Source: Octopus bimaculoides
Taxonomy: Eukaryota
NCBI RefSeq assembly: GCF_001194135.2
Contig: NC_068996.1
Coordinates: 39,532,783-39,565,742, forward strand
Reading direction: 5' to 3'
DNA length: 32,960 nt
Shown here: positions 19,897-31,307 of the stretch, piece by piece
How positions within the stretch are numbered: position 1 is the stretch's first letter
How the letters are laid out: each line of letters starts with the position of its first letter
Position numbers and translations under genes: made by a program
Notes under the pieces: model-generated
The model's database searches: none
Seen by the model: the letters and a program-made list of their open reading frames with translations, nothing else
Told to the model about the DNA's origin: nothing

Positions 19897-21418
19897 CAGC
19901 CTTGGCTAAAAGTATTAGGCCACCCCAATGTTTTGGGGTTCTGCTATCTCAATGTTAGAAACTCATGCACATGGTAGATTATGGCATATTTTACAATGTA
20001 CATAAGTTTTGATATCTGGTTGACCCTCCTTTAGCACCAGTTACTGCTTTTATATGGTTAGGCATTGAATCAGCTAGTTTCTTGCTGATGTTCGGTGCAA
20101 TTTTACTCTGTTCTCTTCTCAACTTTTGAGACAAATGCTCTTTATTTTTAATTGTTGTATTCCTGATAGCTTCACCGAGAGTTCCCCATAGGTGTTCGAT
20201 CAGATTTAGATCGGGACTTTGGGCTGGCCAGTCCATGGGAACAATACCCTTTGTCTCAAACCATGGATGAGTATTCTTTACTGTATGACATGGAGCGTTG
20301 TCCTGTTGAAAGATAACAATGTTTTTTGACACTCCTTTATGCAATTTAGCAATTGATGGCTCTAAAACATCCAATAACATAGAAACATAGGTAGCTGAAT
20401 TCATCCTTCCCTAACATAAAAACATTTCTCTGGGTCCTATGGCAGACTTGCAGGCTGATCACATGATAGAACCACCGCCATGTTTTACGGTTGGTACCAG
20501 ACTTTCAGCCTTAAATGCTTCCCCAACTCTGTGAGACACAAAAGTTGCACCAGTTGTACTGAAAACCTGGGTAAAAACTTAGCTTCATGTAAAAAATTAG
20601 CTACATGTTGGATACATTTTTATATATTTTGGGCAACAAACCAGTTACATTAAGTTTATATGTTGAGTGAATACATGTACTATCTTACCACATAGTTACT
20701 TTCATCAGGCCATATGACTTTTGACCATTGCTCACTGGTCCAATTTGAGTGATTTTTGGCCCACCAAAGACGTTTTTCAGAAACCCATGGCTTCTTCCTG
20801 GCTTTACAGCCTTTCAGACCATACTCTACAAGCCTTCTTCTAGCAGTTCTGGTTAATATTTGTGAAGTACTTGCCTTGCTGAAGTTCGCACAGAGCTCCG
20901 ACAATGTTTTTTTTTTTTCCTGTTTCTGATTGGCTGATGGATGATGGATCTGTAATCACGAGGTGATGTAACTTTTTTTCTACCTGTCCCTTGTATCGTC
21001 TTCACATCTTTTGTCTCTCTGAAGTGCTTGAGAGTCGTTTGCACCGCACATCGAGAACATTTCATCTTCTGAGCAAGTTGCCTTAGAGACATTCCATCTT
21101 CATGATGAGCTATGATTTGACCTCACTCACACTCACTCAACTCCCTTGTTTTAGGCATTTTACTGTTTATTAACTGTATCTAAACGTATTTTAGCATAAA
21201 ACTCTGAAATAATCAAGGAAACATAAGTTAATTTTGGACGTTGGTCTTACTCATAATTGGTTGCATATGTACAGTACATTATACAAGCGGTAATTGATGC
21301 TAAAGGGAGAGTCAACCAGATATTAAAACTAATGTATATTGTGAAATATACCATAATCTACCATGGGCACAAGTTTCATTAACATTGAGATAGCAGAACA
21401 CCAAAACATTGGTGAGGA
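19897..21418 (-). mobile_element. Tc1-like transposon with long (~140+ bp) inverted repeats
   Basis: Starts cagccttggctaaaagtattaggc. 19921-20060 is the inverted copy of ~21270-21416 (ccaatgttttgg.gttctgctatctcaatgtta...catggtagattatgg...atatctggttgac). The outer right TIR is degraded. Confidence 0.88.
19991..21110 (-). pseudogene. Tc1 DD34E transposase pseudogene with a 122-bp intron
   Basis: HTH region SLRQLAQKMKCSRCAVQTTL...GRKKVTS. WPDES, VPTVKHGGGSIM, FQQDNAPCH-34-SPDLNLIE motifs. GT-AG intron at 20688-20567. Confidence 0.9.
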
Positions 21419-21424
21419 ATTACC

Positions 21425-21467
21425 GTGTGTATATATATATGGGATTACAAGTATATATATATATATA

Positions 21468-21538
<71 letters not shown>

Positions 21539-21587
21539 NNNNNNNNNNTGTGTGAGTTTGTGTATGAGTATTGCGTGTGTGTGTGTA

Positions 21588-21618
<31 letters not shown>
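21425..21618. repeat. (TA)n/(TG)n microsatellite
   Basis: Direct read of the sequence. Confidence 0.95.
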
Positions 21619-21619
<1 letters not shown>

Positions 21620-22540
21620 GTTTAAGGTTCATGAACTCATCAACGAAAATCCACTAACATATAGAAAAATTAATAAGTAAAAGCACAATAAATGAGTATA
21701 ATATAATACAAAGTAAATATCATAAGATAAAGATAATAAAACGACTACACGTGTTTCATAGCCAATTTTCAAATAGAAAGAATATTTAGATCGATTAAAA
21801 CTATCAAAAATAAATTCTATTGAAAAATTTAGCTAATCTTTAGGTCAAAATACAACAATAATAATAATAAAAGAATGTATATATCAACCAACAATAAATA
21901 ACAAATGAATGTATATAAAATACTTATTATATTAAGTTAGAAAAATATCATTAAAAATATCAAAATTATAAACGTTCCATAATCAACCCTACGTCCATTA
22001 TAATATAAACTGACAGGAATATTATATGCAAAAACCAACTTTAACGAATTTTTCGTTTAAAATACAATTTGAACGAAAATTTAGGTTAAAATAATAAAGA
22101 TAGAAGTAGCAAATATCTAAACGATGCAATAGTTTAAACTAAAAGATCTTAGATGTCTCGTGAAAATATAGCGTAAAGAAAAAACATGAATGAAAATTTT
22201 ATTATGAATGAAAGATTAAACTTTATATAACGTAAGTCATAATAAAACAATTAACAATATTGTATAATCAAAGAAATTAAATAAAAAGACTAGTTATTTA
22301 TCCCATAAAATAAAAAGAAATATTAAACAGTATTAATGGAAAAAATTCAACCCTAATCAAATTGAAGTCTTAGTTTAGGCTAAGATGATACACTTACTAC
22401 TAATTAATTTAGTGTTAAAAAAGTATCGACTAAAATTATCATTCAAAATCAATTGAATAATATAAAAATACATATTTTTTTCAAACAATGATATAAAGTC
22501 ATTTAACAAAGGTAAAAACGATATTTATCGAAACACGACA
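21620..22540. repeat. Very AT-rich degraded repeat, possibly Penelope-derived
   Basis: Minus strand at 21757-21746 reads GAAACACGTGTA (palindromic acacgtgt) in a pseudo-LTR-like context. No intact reading frame. Confidence 0.3.
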
Positions 22541-22775
22541 NNNNNNNNNNNNNNNNNNNNNNNNNNNNNNNNNNNNNNNNNNNNNNNNNNNNNNNNNNNN
22601 NNNNNNNNNNNNNNNNNNNNNNNNNNNNNNNNNNNNNNNNNNNNNNNNNNNNNNNNNNNNNNNNNNNNNNNNNNNNNNNNNNNNNNNNNNNNNNNNNNNN
22701 NNNNNNNNNNNNNNNNNNNNNNNNNNNNNNNNNNNNNNNNNNNNNNNNNNNNTATATATATATATATATATATAT

Positions 22776-23113
22776 CAACGTCACCTTACTGGCATTTGTG
22801 CCGGTGGTACGTGGAAAACAACATCTGAGCGAAGGTGTTGCCAGTGTCACTGGACTGGCTCCTGTGCAGGTGACACATAAAAACACCATTTGAGCGTGGG
22901 CGTTGCCAGTACAGCAGGACTGGCCCTCGTGCCGGTGGCATGTAAAAACACCCACTACACTCTCGGAGTGGTTGTCGTTAGGAAGGGAATCCAGCTGTAG
23001 AAACTGCCAGATCAGATTGGAGCCTGGTGCAGTCATCTAGCTCACCAGTCCCCAGTCAAACCATCCAACCCATGCCAGCATGGAAAGCGGACGTTAAATG
23101 AAACGATGATGAT
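22776..23113 (+). mobile_element. Retroposon with internal tandem subrepeats and ggacgttaaa(tga/gat)n tail; copies at 28028-28490 (-) and 31387-31676 (-)
   Basis: All three share ttaggaaggg(a/c)atccagctgtagaaac...ccaacccatgc(c/t)agcatggaaagc(g/a)gac(g/a)ttaaa followed by (gat)n. Confidence 0.8.
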
Positions 23114-23245
23114 ATAAATACATGTATATATATATGTGTATATGTATATACATATATGTATATATGTATATATATATATATATTATATGTCTGTATATAC
23201 AAATGTGTGCGTGTGTGTGTATCTATCTATCTATCTATCTATCTA

Positions 23246-23297
<52 letters not shown>

Positions 23298-23659
23298 TAC
23301 ATTGCACTGCCTTTACCATGGCAGGTATTATGTTGCAAACCCTTGGCAATAGGTGAAAATCCATGAAGTAGAAACACTAGTGTACTGTGTATATTTTTTC
23401 TTTATTATTTTTTATAATTTTTATATACTTATTTGATTATAAATGCAAAACAACATCATGGAGGAATTGACATAAGCTTAAATAATAGACCATGAGAAGT
23501 GAACTGCGATATGGCTAATAATTATTATAATTCAAGTAGGTTACAATTTCAACCCATTAATTTTCAAAGTGTTCATTTTTATGATGTATAATTGCCTATA
23601 AAAATGAACAGAAACTGGTAAGGCACATGCAAATTATATGGAAAACCTAGAATTCATCT

Positions 23660-24010
23660 TTATTCTTTTATTCTTTTACTTGTTTGAGGCATTTGACTGC
23701 AGCCATGCTGGAGCACCGTCTTTAGTCGAATAAATCGACCCCAGGATTTATTCTTTGTAAGCCTAGTTCTTTTTATTCTGTAAGTCTCTTTTGCCGAACC
23801 GCTAAGTTACGGGGGACGTAAACACACCAGCATCAGTTGTCAAAGTGATGGATCAGGGACAAACACAGACACACATACAAACAGTTCTGCTTTCAGTTTC
23901 CGTCTGCCAAATCCAGTCTAAGACACTTTCCCAAGGTGCAACATAGTCAGACTGAACCTGGAACCATGTTGTTGGGAAGCGAGCTTCTTACCACACAGCC
24001 ACTCTTTACT
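23660..24010 (-). mobile_element. SINE family 1, near full length
   Basis: catttgactgcagccatgctggagcacc...gaccccagga...gccgaaccgctaagttacgggg...ccacacagccac. Confidence 0.85.
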
Positions 24011-24045
24011 GTAGAATTTTAATAAAAATATTTTTATTAAGTATA

Positions 24046-24382
24046 GGCATAGGAGTGGCTGTGTGGTAAGTAGCTTGCTTACCAACCACATGGCTCCGGA
24101 TTCAGTCCCACTGCGTGGCACCTTGGGCAAGTGTCTTCTACTATAGTCTCAGGCCAACCAAAGCCTTGTGAGTGGATTTGGTAGACGAAAACTGAAAGAA
24201 ACCTGTCGTATGTGTGTCTGTGTTTGTCCCCTCAGCATCGCTTGACAACTGATGCTGGTGTGTTTATGTCCCCGGCAAAAGAGACCAATAGAATGAGTCC
24301 TGGGGTCGATTGGCTTGACTAAAGGCGGTGCTCCTGCATGGCCACAGTCAAATGACTGAAACAAGTAAAAGAGTAAAAGAGT
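24046..24382 (+). mobile_element. SINE family 1, near full length (tRNA head, CORE-like box, aaaagagt tail)
   Basis: ggcataggagtggctgtgtggtaag...ggattcagtccc...ccttgggcaagtgtctt...gtcaaatgactgaaacaagtaaaagagtaaaagag. Confidence 0.85.
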
Positions 24383-24411
24383 AAGTATGTTTATTATTCA
24401 AGGGATACATA

Positions 24412-24615
24412 AGGAGAGCTGGCAGAATCTTTAGCACACCGGGCAAAATGCTTAGTGGTATTCCATTTGTCATTATGTTCTGAGTTCAAATTCTGCCAGT
24501 GTTGACTTTGCTTTTCATCCTTTCGGGATCAATAAATTAAGTACCAGTCATATACTGAGGTCGATCTAATCGAATGCCCCCCCCCCAAAAAAAATTTCGT
24601 GCCTTGTGCCTATAT
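24412..24615 (+). mobile_element. SINE family 2 (tail type B)
   Basis: ggagagctggcagaatctttagcacaccgggcaaaatgcttagtggtattcc...gatctaatcga...tttcgtgccttgtgccta. The cggt/tggt site is unoccupied. Confidence 0.8.
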
Positions 24616-24844
24616 CTATTAGCATATAGACTGTTGCAGACTGACACGCTAGTTATAGTTTCTTCAGTTAGTTACAGTTGTTCCACAAATTTCCAGATGA
24701 CTTGATATCTGCCACTCAAGATGAACTGAAGTTATGTAGACTTAATAAAGAATTCAAAACCAAAAATCAGAGACATTCACAGTTAATATTATTAGCTTGA
24801 TCTCCAAGACGTGAACTTGCAGAATCTTCAGCAAACCAGGCAAA

Positions 24845-25372
24845 ACAAGCTTAGCAGTATTTCGTCTCTCTTTACATTCACAGTTCAAATTCCACTGAGG
24901 TGAACTTTACCTTTCATCCTTTCGGGGTCGATAAATTAAGTACCAGTTGCATACTGGGGTTGATCTAATCTGGCTCCCTTTCCAAAAATTCTCAGCCTTG
25001 TGCCTAGATTAGAATTTTCGGCCTTGTGCCTTGTGCAAAATGTTTTGCAGCATTTTCTCCATCAAAGACTGGGGTCAATGTAACGTGCCCCCTCCCTCCC
25101 CCAAAATTGCTGGCCTTGTGCCGAAATTTGAAAGCGATTTTCAAGGGATAAATAAGGGGACGAGCTGAAAGAATCTTTAGCAAGCAGTACAAAATGTTGC
25201 TAAGTAGCATTTCGTCCATCTTTATGCTCTGATTTCAATTTCCGCTGAGGTCGACTTTGCCTTTCATCCTTTCAGGGCTGATAAAGTAAGTACCAGTTAT
25301 GCACTGAGGTCAATGTTATTGACTTATCCCCTCCCCTAAAATTGCTGACTTTGCACTAAAATTTGAAACCAT
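24845..25372 (+). mobile_element. Cluster of SINE family 2 copies and fragments
   Basis: Copies at ~24845-25012 and ~25160-25372 with the gtcgactttgcctttcatcctttc core, plus tail scraps at ~25060-25135. Confidence 0.7.
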
Positions 25373-25384
25373 TACTCTTGGGAT

Positions 25385-25604
25385 ATTCTTTTACTCTTTC
25401 ACTTGTTTCAGTCATTCGACTGCGGCCATGCTGGAGCACAACATGAAAGGATTTTAGTTGAAGAAATCAACCCCAGGACTTGTTCTTTGTAAACCTAGTA
25501 ACTTATTCTTTTGGTCTCTTTTTCCAGAGATGTAAACACACCAACATCAGGTATCAAACAAAGGGGGCAGGGGGAAAACACACGCGCACACACACACATA
25601 CACA

Positions 25605-25641
<37 letters not shown>

Positions 25642-26515
25642 TCTCTTTTACTCTTTAATTTGATTCAGTCATTTGACTGTGGCCATGCTGGAACACCACC
25701 TTTAGTCGAACAATTCGAACCCAGGACTTATTCTTTGTAAGCCTAGTACTTATTCTATCAGCTTCCTTTGCCAAACTGCTAANNNNNNNNNNGGGGGGGG
25801 GGCGGTTGACAAACCTACACACTCACACTCACACATGTGCACACACACACATACATACACACACATACATATATACGATGGGCTTCTTTCAGTTTCCGTC
25901 TACCAAATCCACTCACAAGGTTTTGATCAGTCCAAGGCTATAGTTGAAGACAAGGTGCCATGCAGTGGGACTGAACCCAGATCCATGTGTGGGAAGCAAG
26001 CTTAGTGGGTTTCTTTCAATTTCCATCTACCAAATTCACTCACAAGTCTCTGATTGGCCCAAGGTTATAGTAGAAGACACTTGCCCAAGGTGCCATGCAC
26101 TGGGACTGAATCCTGAACTATGAGATTGGGAAAGAAATGCATGTGCACGCACACACACACATACATACAATGGGCTTCTACACAGTTTCTTATTTCTTTA
26201 TTACCCACAAGGGGCTAAACATAGAGGGGATAAACAAGGACAGACAAAGAGATTAAGTTGATTACATCAACTCCAGTGCATAACTGGTACTTAATTTATT
26301 GACCCCAAAAGGATGAAAGGTAAAGTCGACCTCAGCAGAATTTGAACTCAGAACGTAACGGCAGTCGAAATACTGCTAAGCATTTCGCCCGGCATGCTAA
26401 CAATTCTGCCAGCTCACCGCTTCTTTCAGTTTCCGTCTATCAAATCCACTCACATGGCTCAGGTTGGCCCAAAGCTATAGTAGAAGACACTTGCCCAAGG
26501 TGCCACACAGTATGG
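25385..26515 (-). mobile_element. Stacked SINE family 1 copies and fragments on the minus strand
   Basis: Repeated gactgcggccatgctggagcac, gtctaccaaatccactcacaagg and gaagacacttgcccaaggtgcc blocks. Confidence 0.8.
26202..26420 (-). mobile_element. SINE family 2, tail type C (LINE-like tail), nested in a family 1 SINE
   Basis: Plus strand atttctttattacccacaaggggctaaac...acaaggacagacaaa...gtcgacctcagcagaatttgaactc...tctgccagctcaccgc. Imperfect duplication ttct(ac/tt)..cagtttc on both sides. Confidence 0.8.
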
Positions 26516-26539
26516 AGAATAATATTAATGTATTTCATT

Positions 26540-27480
26540 TCACGTGTTTAAATTTGTATATCAGCTAATTTAGTATTTATTAGTTTTAACCGAGGAGTTT
26601 TTGAAACACCCCATTCTAAATTTTTACATAAATTTAAAAAAAAATTTTTTTTTTTTTATTTACCTTTCTTCTTTTTTTTCTTTGACAAATGGTTTCCGGT
26701 AAAAACTCTGTTAAACATGACAGAATCAGAATCTACAATTTTTGCATATTTATTTATCTGTTTTGCTTTTTATTTATTTCAATCAGATTCAAACAGATTT
26801 CAAGTTAAGGGATTCACTGCTACTTTCTTTTCCTTTTTTTTCCTTTTTATTCCTTCTTTAATATATATGCATTTATGAATATAAAAAGGACATTTCTTGT
26901 GTGTACGTATATAAATATATTTTATTTGTCTTTGCAGTGTAATAAATATTAATATATTTTGTTTGCATTTGTAATTGCATTTTCATCCTTAATAAATCGA
27001 AACAGCAGCATTCTAAATTTTCAGAATGTGTAAACTATTACAATACTAATGCTATCTTTGAATACCTGTTACTTTCATTATCAAAAATAATACAGCTATT
27101 ACATGATATTTTTGTTCTATATCCATGTAATTAACATAACAATGCACTTATTATTGCTTTTTTTTTTGTGTGTTTTTTTTTATTTAAACAAAAATACATT
27201 TCATATTGTTTTAAGAAAAGGGATTTAAAAAAAGCACAACACAATTTCTTACAGATTCTGAAAATTTGATGTTTGAAACATAAAGTATCCAAAGAGCATT
27301 TGTTCTTTTTTCTTTCTTATTTTTTTCTCTTTTTTTTTTTTGTAAAAAGGAAGACTCAATGATGATTTGTTATAAGTTGCATTAAAAATTCCACGATGAA
27401 ATGAATGACAGTTGCTTTTTTTTTTTATTTGGCATTTGGCAGAATGACATACGATAAAAACAAAATAGTTTGATTAAAAT
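26540..27480 (+). other. AT/T-rich unique block, possibly a host 3' UTR
   Basis: No recognisable repeat. U-rich tracts and AATAAA near 26940 and 26991. No coding exon seen. Confidence 0.2.
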
Positions 27481-27519
27481 TTTGCTTTTAAAATAATGAA
27501 CTTTATGTGCAGGTGTAGC

Positions 27520-27670
27520 AGTGTAATAAGAAACTTATTTCCCAACCACATGACTCTGGGTTCAGTCCCACGGAATGGCATCTTGGACAAGTGTCTTCTT
27601 ATATAACCCTGGGTCAACCACAGCGATGTGAGTGGATTTGGTTGATGGAAACTGAAAGAAGCCTGTCTGT
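27520..27670 (+). mobile_element. SINE family 1 5' fragment
   Basis: ccaaccacatgactctgggttcagtcccacggaatggcatcttggacaagtgtcttct...gtgagtggatttggttgatggaaactgaaagaagcc. Confidence 0.7.
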
Positions 27671-27869
27671 TGACCACAGTCTAATGATGCTGGGCTGCAT
27701 AATGGAATAGAAGCTGTATTTGCATATTCAAAATGTTTCCTAGAAACAAATCTAAAAGATACATACATGCATATATATATATATATTTCAAAATGTAACC
27801 ACATGTGAATTGTTAGCGATTTTCATTTTCTTTCCCCCTCTGTCTTCCTTTTCTATTGGACTTTCCTCT

Positions 27870-27904
27870 GTTTCTGAAGAAGAGCTTTGCTCGAAACATT
27901 AAAC
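27870..27904 (+). ncRNA. Minimal type I hammerhead-ribozyme-like motif (probably inactivated) in a Penelope-like repeat (~27800-27990)
   Basis: gttt-CTGAAGA-a-gagc/ttt/gctc-GAAAC-att-aaac: stem I gttt/aaac, core CUGANGA, stem II 4 bp, then GAAAC. The cleavage triplet reads AUU rather than GUH. Confidence 0.55.
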
Positions 27905-28491
27905 CACCTTGCTTTCCTTCCCTGAGCATCTGCTAATCCTTTACTTGTACCACGTCCTCGTGTTGTTATTTTTTTGTGTTTGTTCCTCTTTTTTTGCATT
28001 TATTATATATATATACATATATGTATATCATCATCATCATCATCATTTAATGTCTGCTTTCCATGCTAGCATGGGTGGGACGATTTGACTGGGGACTGGC
28101 AAACCAGATGGCTACACCAGACTCCAATATGATCTGGTAATGTTTCTACAGCTGGATGCCCTTCCTAACGCCAACCACTTAGAGAGTGTAATGGGTGCTT
28201 TTACATGCCACCGGCACGAAGGCCAGTCAGGCGGTACTGGCAACGGCCACGCTCAAATGGTGTTTTCTTACGTGCCACCTGCACAGGAATCAGTCCAATG
28301 TTTTGTTCACATGCCACCAGCACAAGTGCCAGTAAGGTAAAACTGGAAACGATTGCGCTCAAATGGTGCTTTTTACATGCCACTGGCACAGAAGTGAGAC
28401 CGCTGCTCTGGCAGTGATCCCGCTTGGATGGTGCTGTTAGCGATCCACTGGAACGGGTGTCAGTCATCGAATTTGGTTCAGTTTCGATCTC

Positions 28492-28732
28492 ACACATATA
28501 TATATATATATATGTATATATGTGTATATATATATAAATATGTATGCGTATGTATGTATATATGTATATGTATGTTGGTATGTATGCATGTATATATGTA
28601 TATACATTTGTGTGTGTGTGTGTGTGTGTGTGCTTGTGTCTGTTTGTCCCCCCACCATATACACATATATATATATACACATATACACACATATATATAT
28701 ACATACATATATATATATATACACACATATAT

Positions 28733-28764
<32 letters not shown>

Positions 28765-28775
28765 ATATATATGTA

Positions 28776-28841
<66 letters not shown>
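28492..28841. repeat. Compound (TA)n/(TG)n/(TACA)n microsatellite
   Basis: Direct read of the sequence. Confidence 0.95.
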
Positions 28842-28845
<4 letters not shown>

Positions 28846-29059
28846 CTGAAGTCTGTTGAAAATCATTGGAATAACTTGTAAGAATTTTCTGTTGCATTCA
28901 AAAATAATTATTACCATGAATAAAACATGTATTTCAACCTGAGTTATGTTTCAGAATTAACATTTGCATCTCTACAATGGAACCAGAAACGGTAAAGTCA
29001 GAACTCACAAGGAAGCCTTCATTCATAACCGTCACCATTACTCATCAACCAATTAAAAA

Positions 29060-29582
29060 TGCTACACACACACACTCACAGTCATACACATACACATATA
29101 CACAAAAATAATACATACACACAGATACACACACACATATACATAGACGCACACACACACACACAAGTTCTCAGCCACACAGTCTTTCACATACATACAC
29201 ACTTTCACACACACACACACATATGTTCACATGTATACACAAGCACACATATACACACACATGCATGCACACACACACTTTGACACACACAGACATACAT
29301 ACACAGGCACACACATACACACAAGCATACATACACAAGCACACACATGCACGCACTCACTCACACTTTCACACACATACATGCGAACATACGCACACGC
29401 GCGCACACACACACATGCCGGTGTGTGCATATTTGATCTGGTTTTTAGGGATAGCTGTAGGTTCCTGTTGGTTGTAGTGAATAGATAAATGCATACATTA
29501 AACATATAATAAAAAGAAAAGAAACAGAAGGGTAAAGAAAAAGGAAAAGAAAGAGAGAGAGAGAAAGAGAGAGAGAGAGAAT

Positions 29583-29625
<43 letters not shown>

Positions 29626-29640
29626 GGAGAAGGGTAAAAT
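29060..29640. repeat. (CA)n-rich then (GA)n-rich microsatellites
   Basis: Direct read of the sequence. Confidence 0.9.
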
Positions 29641-30285
29641 GAAGGAAACTAAAACATAACCTAATCAGAGAACTGTGGTTGGGTTTGTGGGGGAGGTGGA
29701 AGATATTCCACACCAACATCTACTGATGACAACAGACAATGATGAAATTACAGGAAGAAGTTACTGAGGAAGAGAGAGGTGGCAACAGTGGAAGCAGTGA
29801 TGGTGGTGACGNNNNNNNNNNNNNNNNNNNNNNNNNNNNNNNNNNNNNNNNNNNNNNNNNNNNNNNNNNNNNNNNNNNNNNNNNNNNNNNNNNNNNNNNN
29901 NNNNNNNNNNNNNNNNNNNNNNNNNNNNNNNNNNNNNNNNNNNNNNNNNNNNNNNNNNNNNNNNNNNNNNNNNNNNNNNNNNNNNNNNNNNNNNNNNNNN
30001 NNNNNNNNNNNNNNNNNNNNNNNNNNNNNNNNNNNNNNNNNNNNNNNNNNNNNNNNNNNNNNNNNNNNNNNNNNNNNNNNNNNNNNNNNNNNNNNNNNNN
30101 NNNNNNNNNNNNNNNNNNNNNNNNNNNNNNNNNNNNNNNNNNNNNNNNNNNNNNNNNNNNNNNNNNNNNNNNNNNNNNNNNNNNNNNNNNNNNNNNNNNN
30201 NNNNNNNNNNNNNNNNNNNNNNNNNNNNNNNNNNNNNNNNNNNNNNNNNNNNNNNNNNNNNNNNNNNNNNNNNNNNNNNNNNNNN

Positions 30286-30545
30286 TGGTGGTGGTGGTGA
30301 CAGTGTGGAGGTGGTAGTGGTGGTGACAGTGTGGAGGTGGTGGTGGTGGTGACAGTGTGGAGGTGGTGGTGGTGGTGACAGTAGTGGAAGTGGTGGTGAT
30401 GGTGGTGGTGGTCGTGGTGGTGGTCGTGGGATATGTGGCAGTGATGGAGGTAATAGTGGCTGTAGCAGCTGTGGTGGTGGTGTTGGTGATGGTGTTAGTG
30501 TTGCTGGTGGTGGTGGTGTTGGTGCTGATGATGATGATGGTGAAA
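30286..30545. repeat. (GGT)n-rich low-complexity repeat
   Basis: Direct read; includes gtggtggtggtgacagtgtggag units. Confidence 0.9.
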
Positions 30546-31074
30546 TCACAGAGGAAGCCAACAAGAAAAACTGAATGGCAAAAAAATAATAAAAATAAAA
30601 AGGAGAGAACAATAAGGAAACAATTTGGAAAGAATATGCAGAAAAAAAGGGTATGGGGAAAAAAGAAAAAAAGAAAACGAGCAAGGAAAGGTCAGGCACT
30701 TTACACCTGTCCCCTCCACCCCTGTCAGTCAAAGTGCACACACACACAAACACACACACATACACACATGCAGACATACTCATGCACATTCACACATACA
30801 TTCATGCATATACACACATGTATACACACACACGTATACACTCACACACACACACACACATACACACATACAGACATACTCATGCACATTCACACATACA
30901 TTCATGCACATACGCACACACAAACACACACACACACACACACACACATGCATGCACATACATATGCACAACAAAAAAAAATGAACTCACAAAGAAATAG
31001 AACCCAATGATCCCTCAAGTCTGAATATGTCTACTTCTACAAATGCTTACATACATACATAGACACAGATAAAT

Positions 31075-31307
31075 GAGTCTGGGACATTTGCCACCCCACC
31101 CCCGTGCACAATAACCCCCTCCCCAAGGACAATTACCCCTGAGAACAAAAGATGATGATTTACAACTTCTTAATATATTGGAGAGTGGGTAATTAACCAA
31201 GGTGGGTAATTAACCAAGGTGGGTAATTGTCCTAGGGGGTAGATGTCGTCGGTGGGGGGGGGGTTATCCTATGGGGGTAATTGTCCTAATGGGGTAATTG
31301 GCCTGAT
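31075..31307 (-). mobile_element. Second copy of the ggacaattacccc subrepeat element (empty site for the 17171 insert)
   Basis: Reverse complement of 17141-17502 without the insert. Has a tandem gtgggtaattaaccaag duplication. Confidence 0.65.

Noticed and set aside
30771-30908. 38-bp direct repeat with 100-bp period
   Set aside because: Local slippage duplication within CA-rich microsatellite DNA.
28201-31010. Cys/Val-, His/Thr-, Tyr/Ile- and Pro/Val-rich ORFs
   Set aside because: Derived from (TG)n, (CA)n, (TA)n and (GGT)n repeats; not metallothionein-, mucin- or extensin-like genes.
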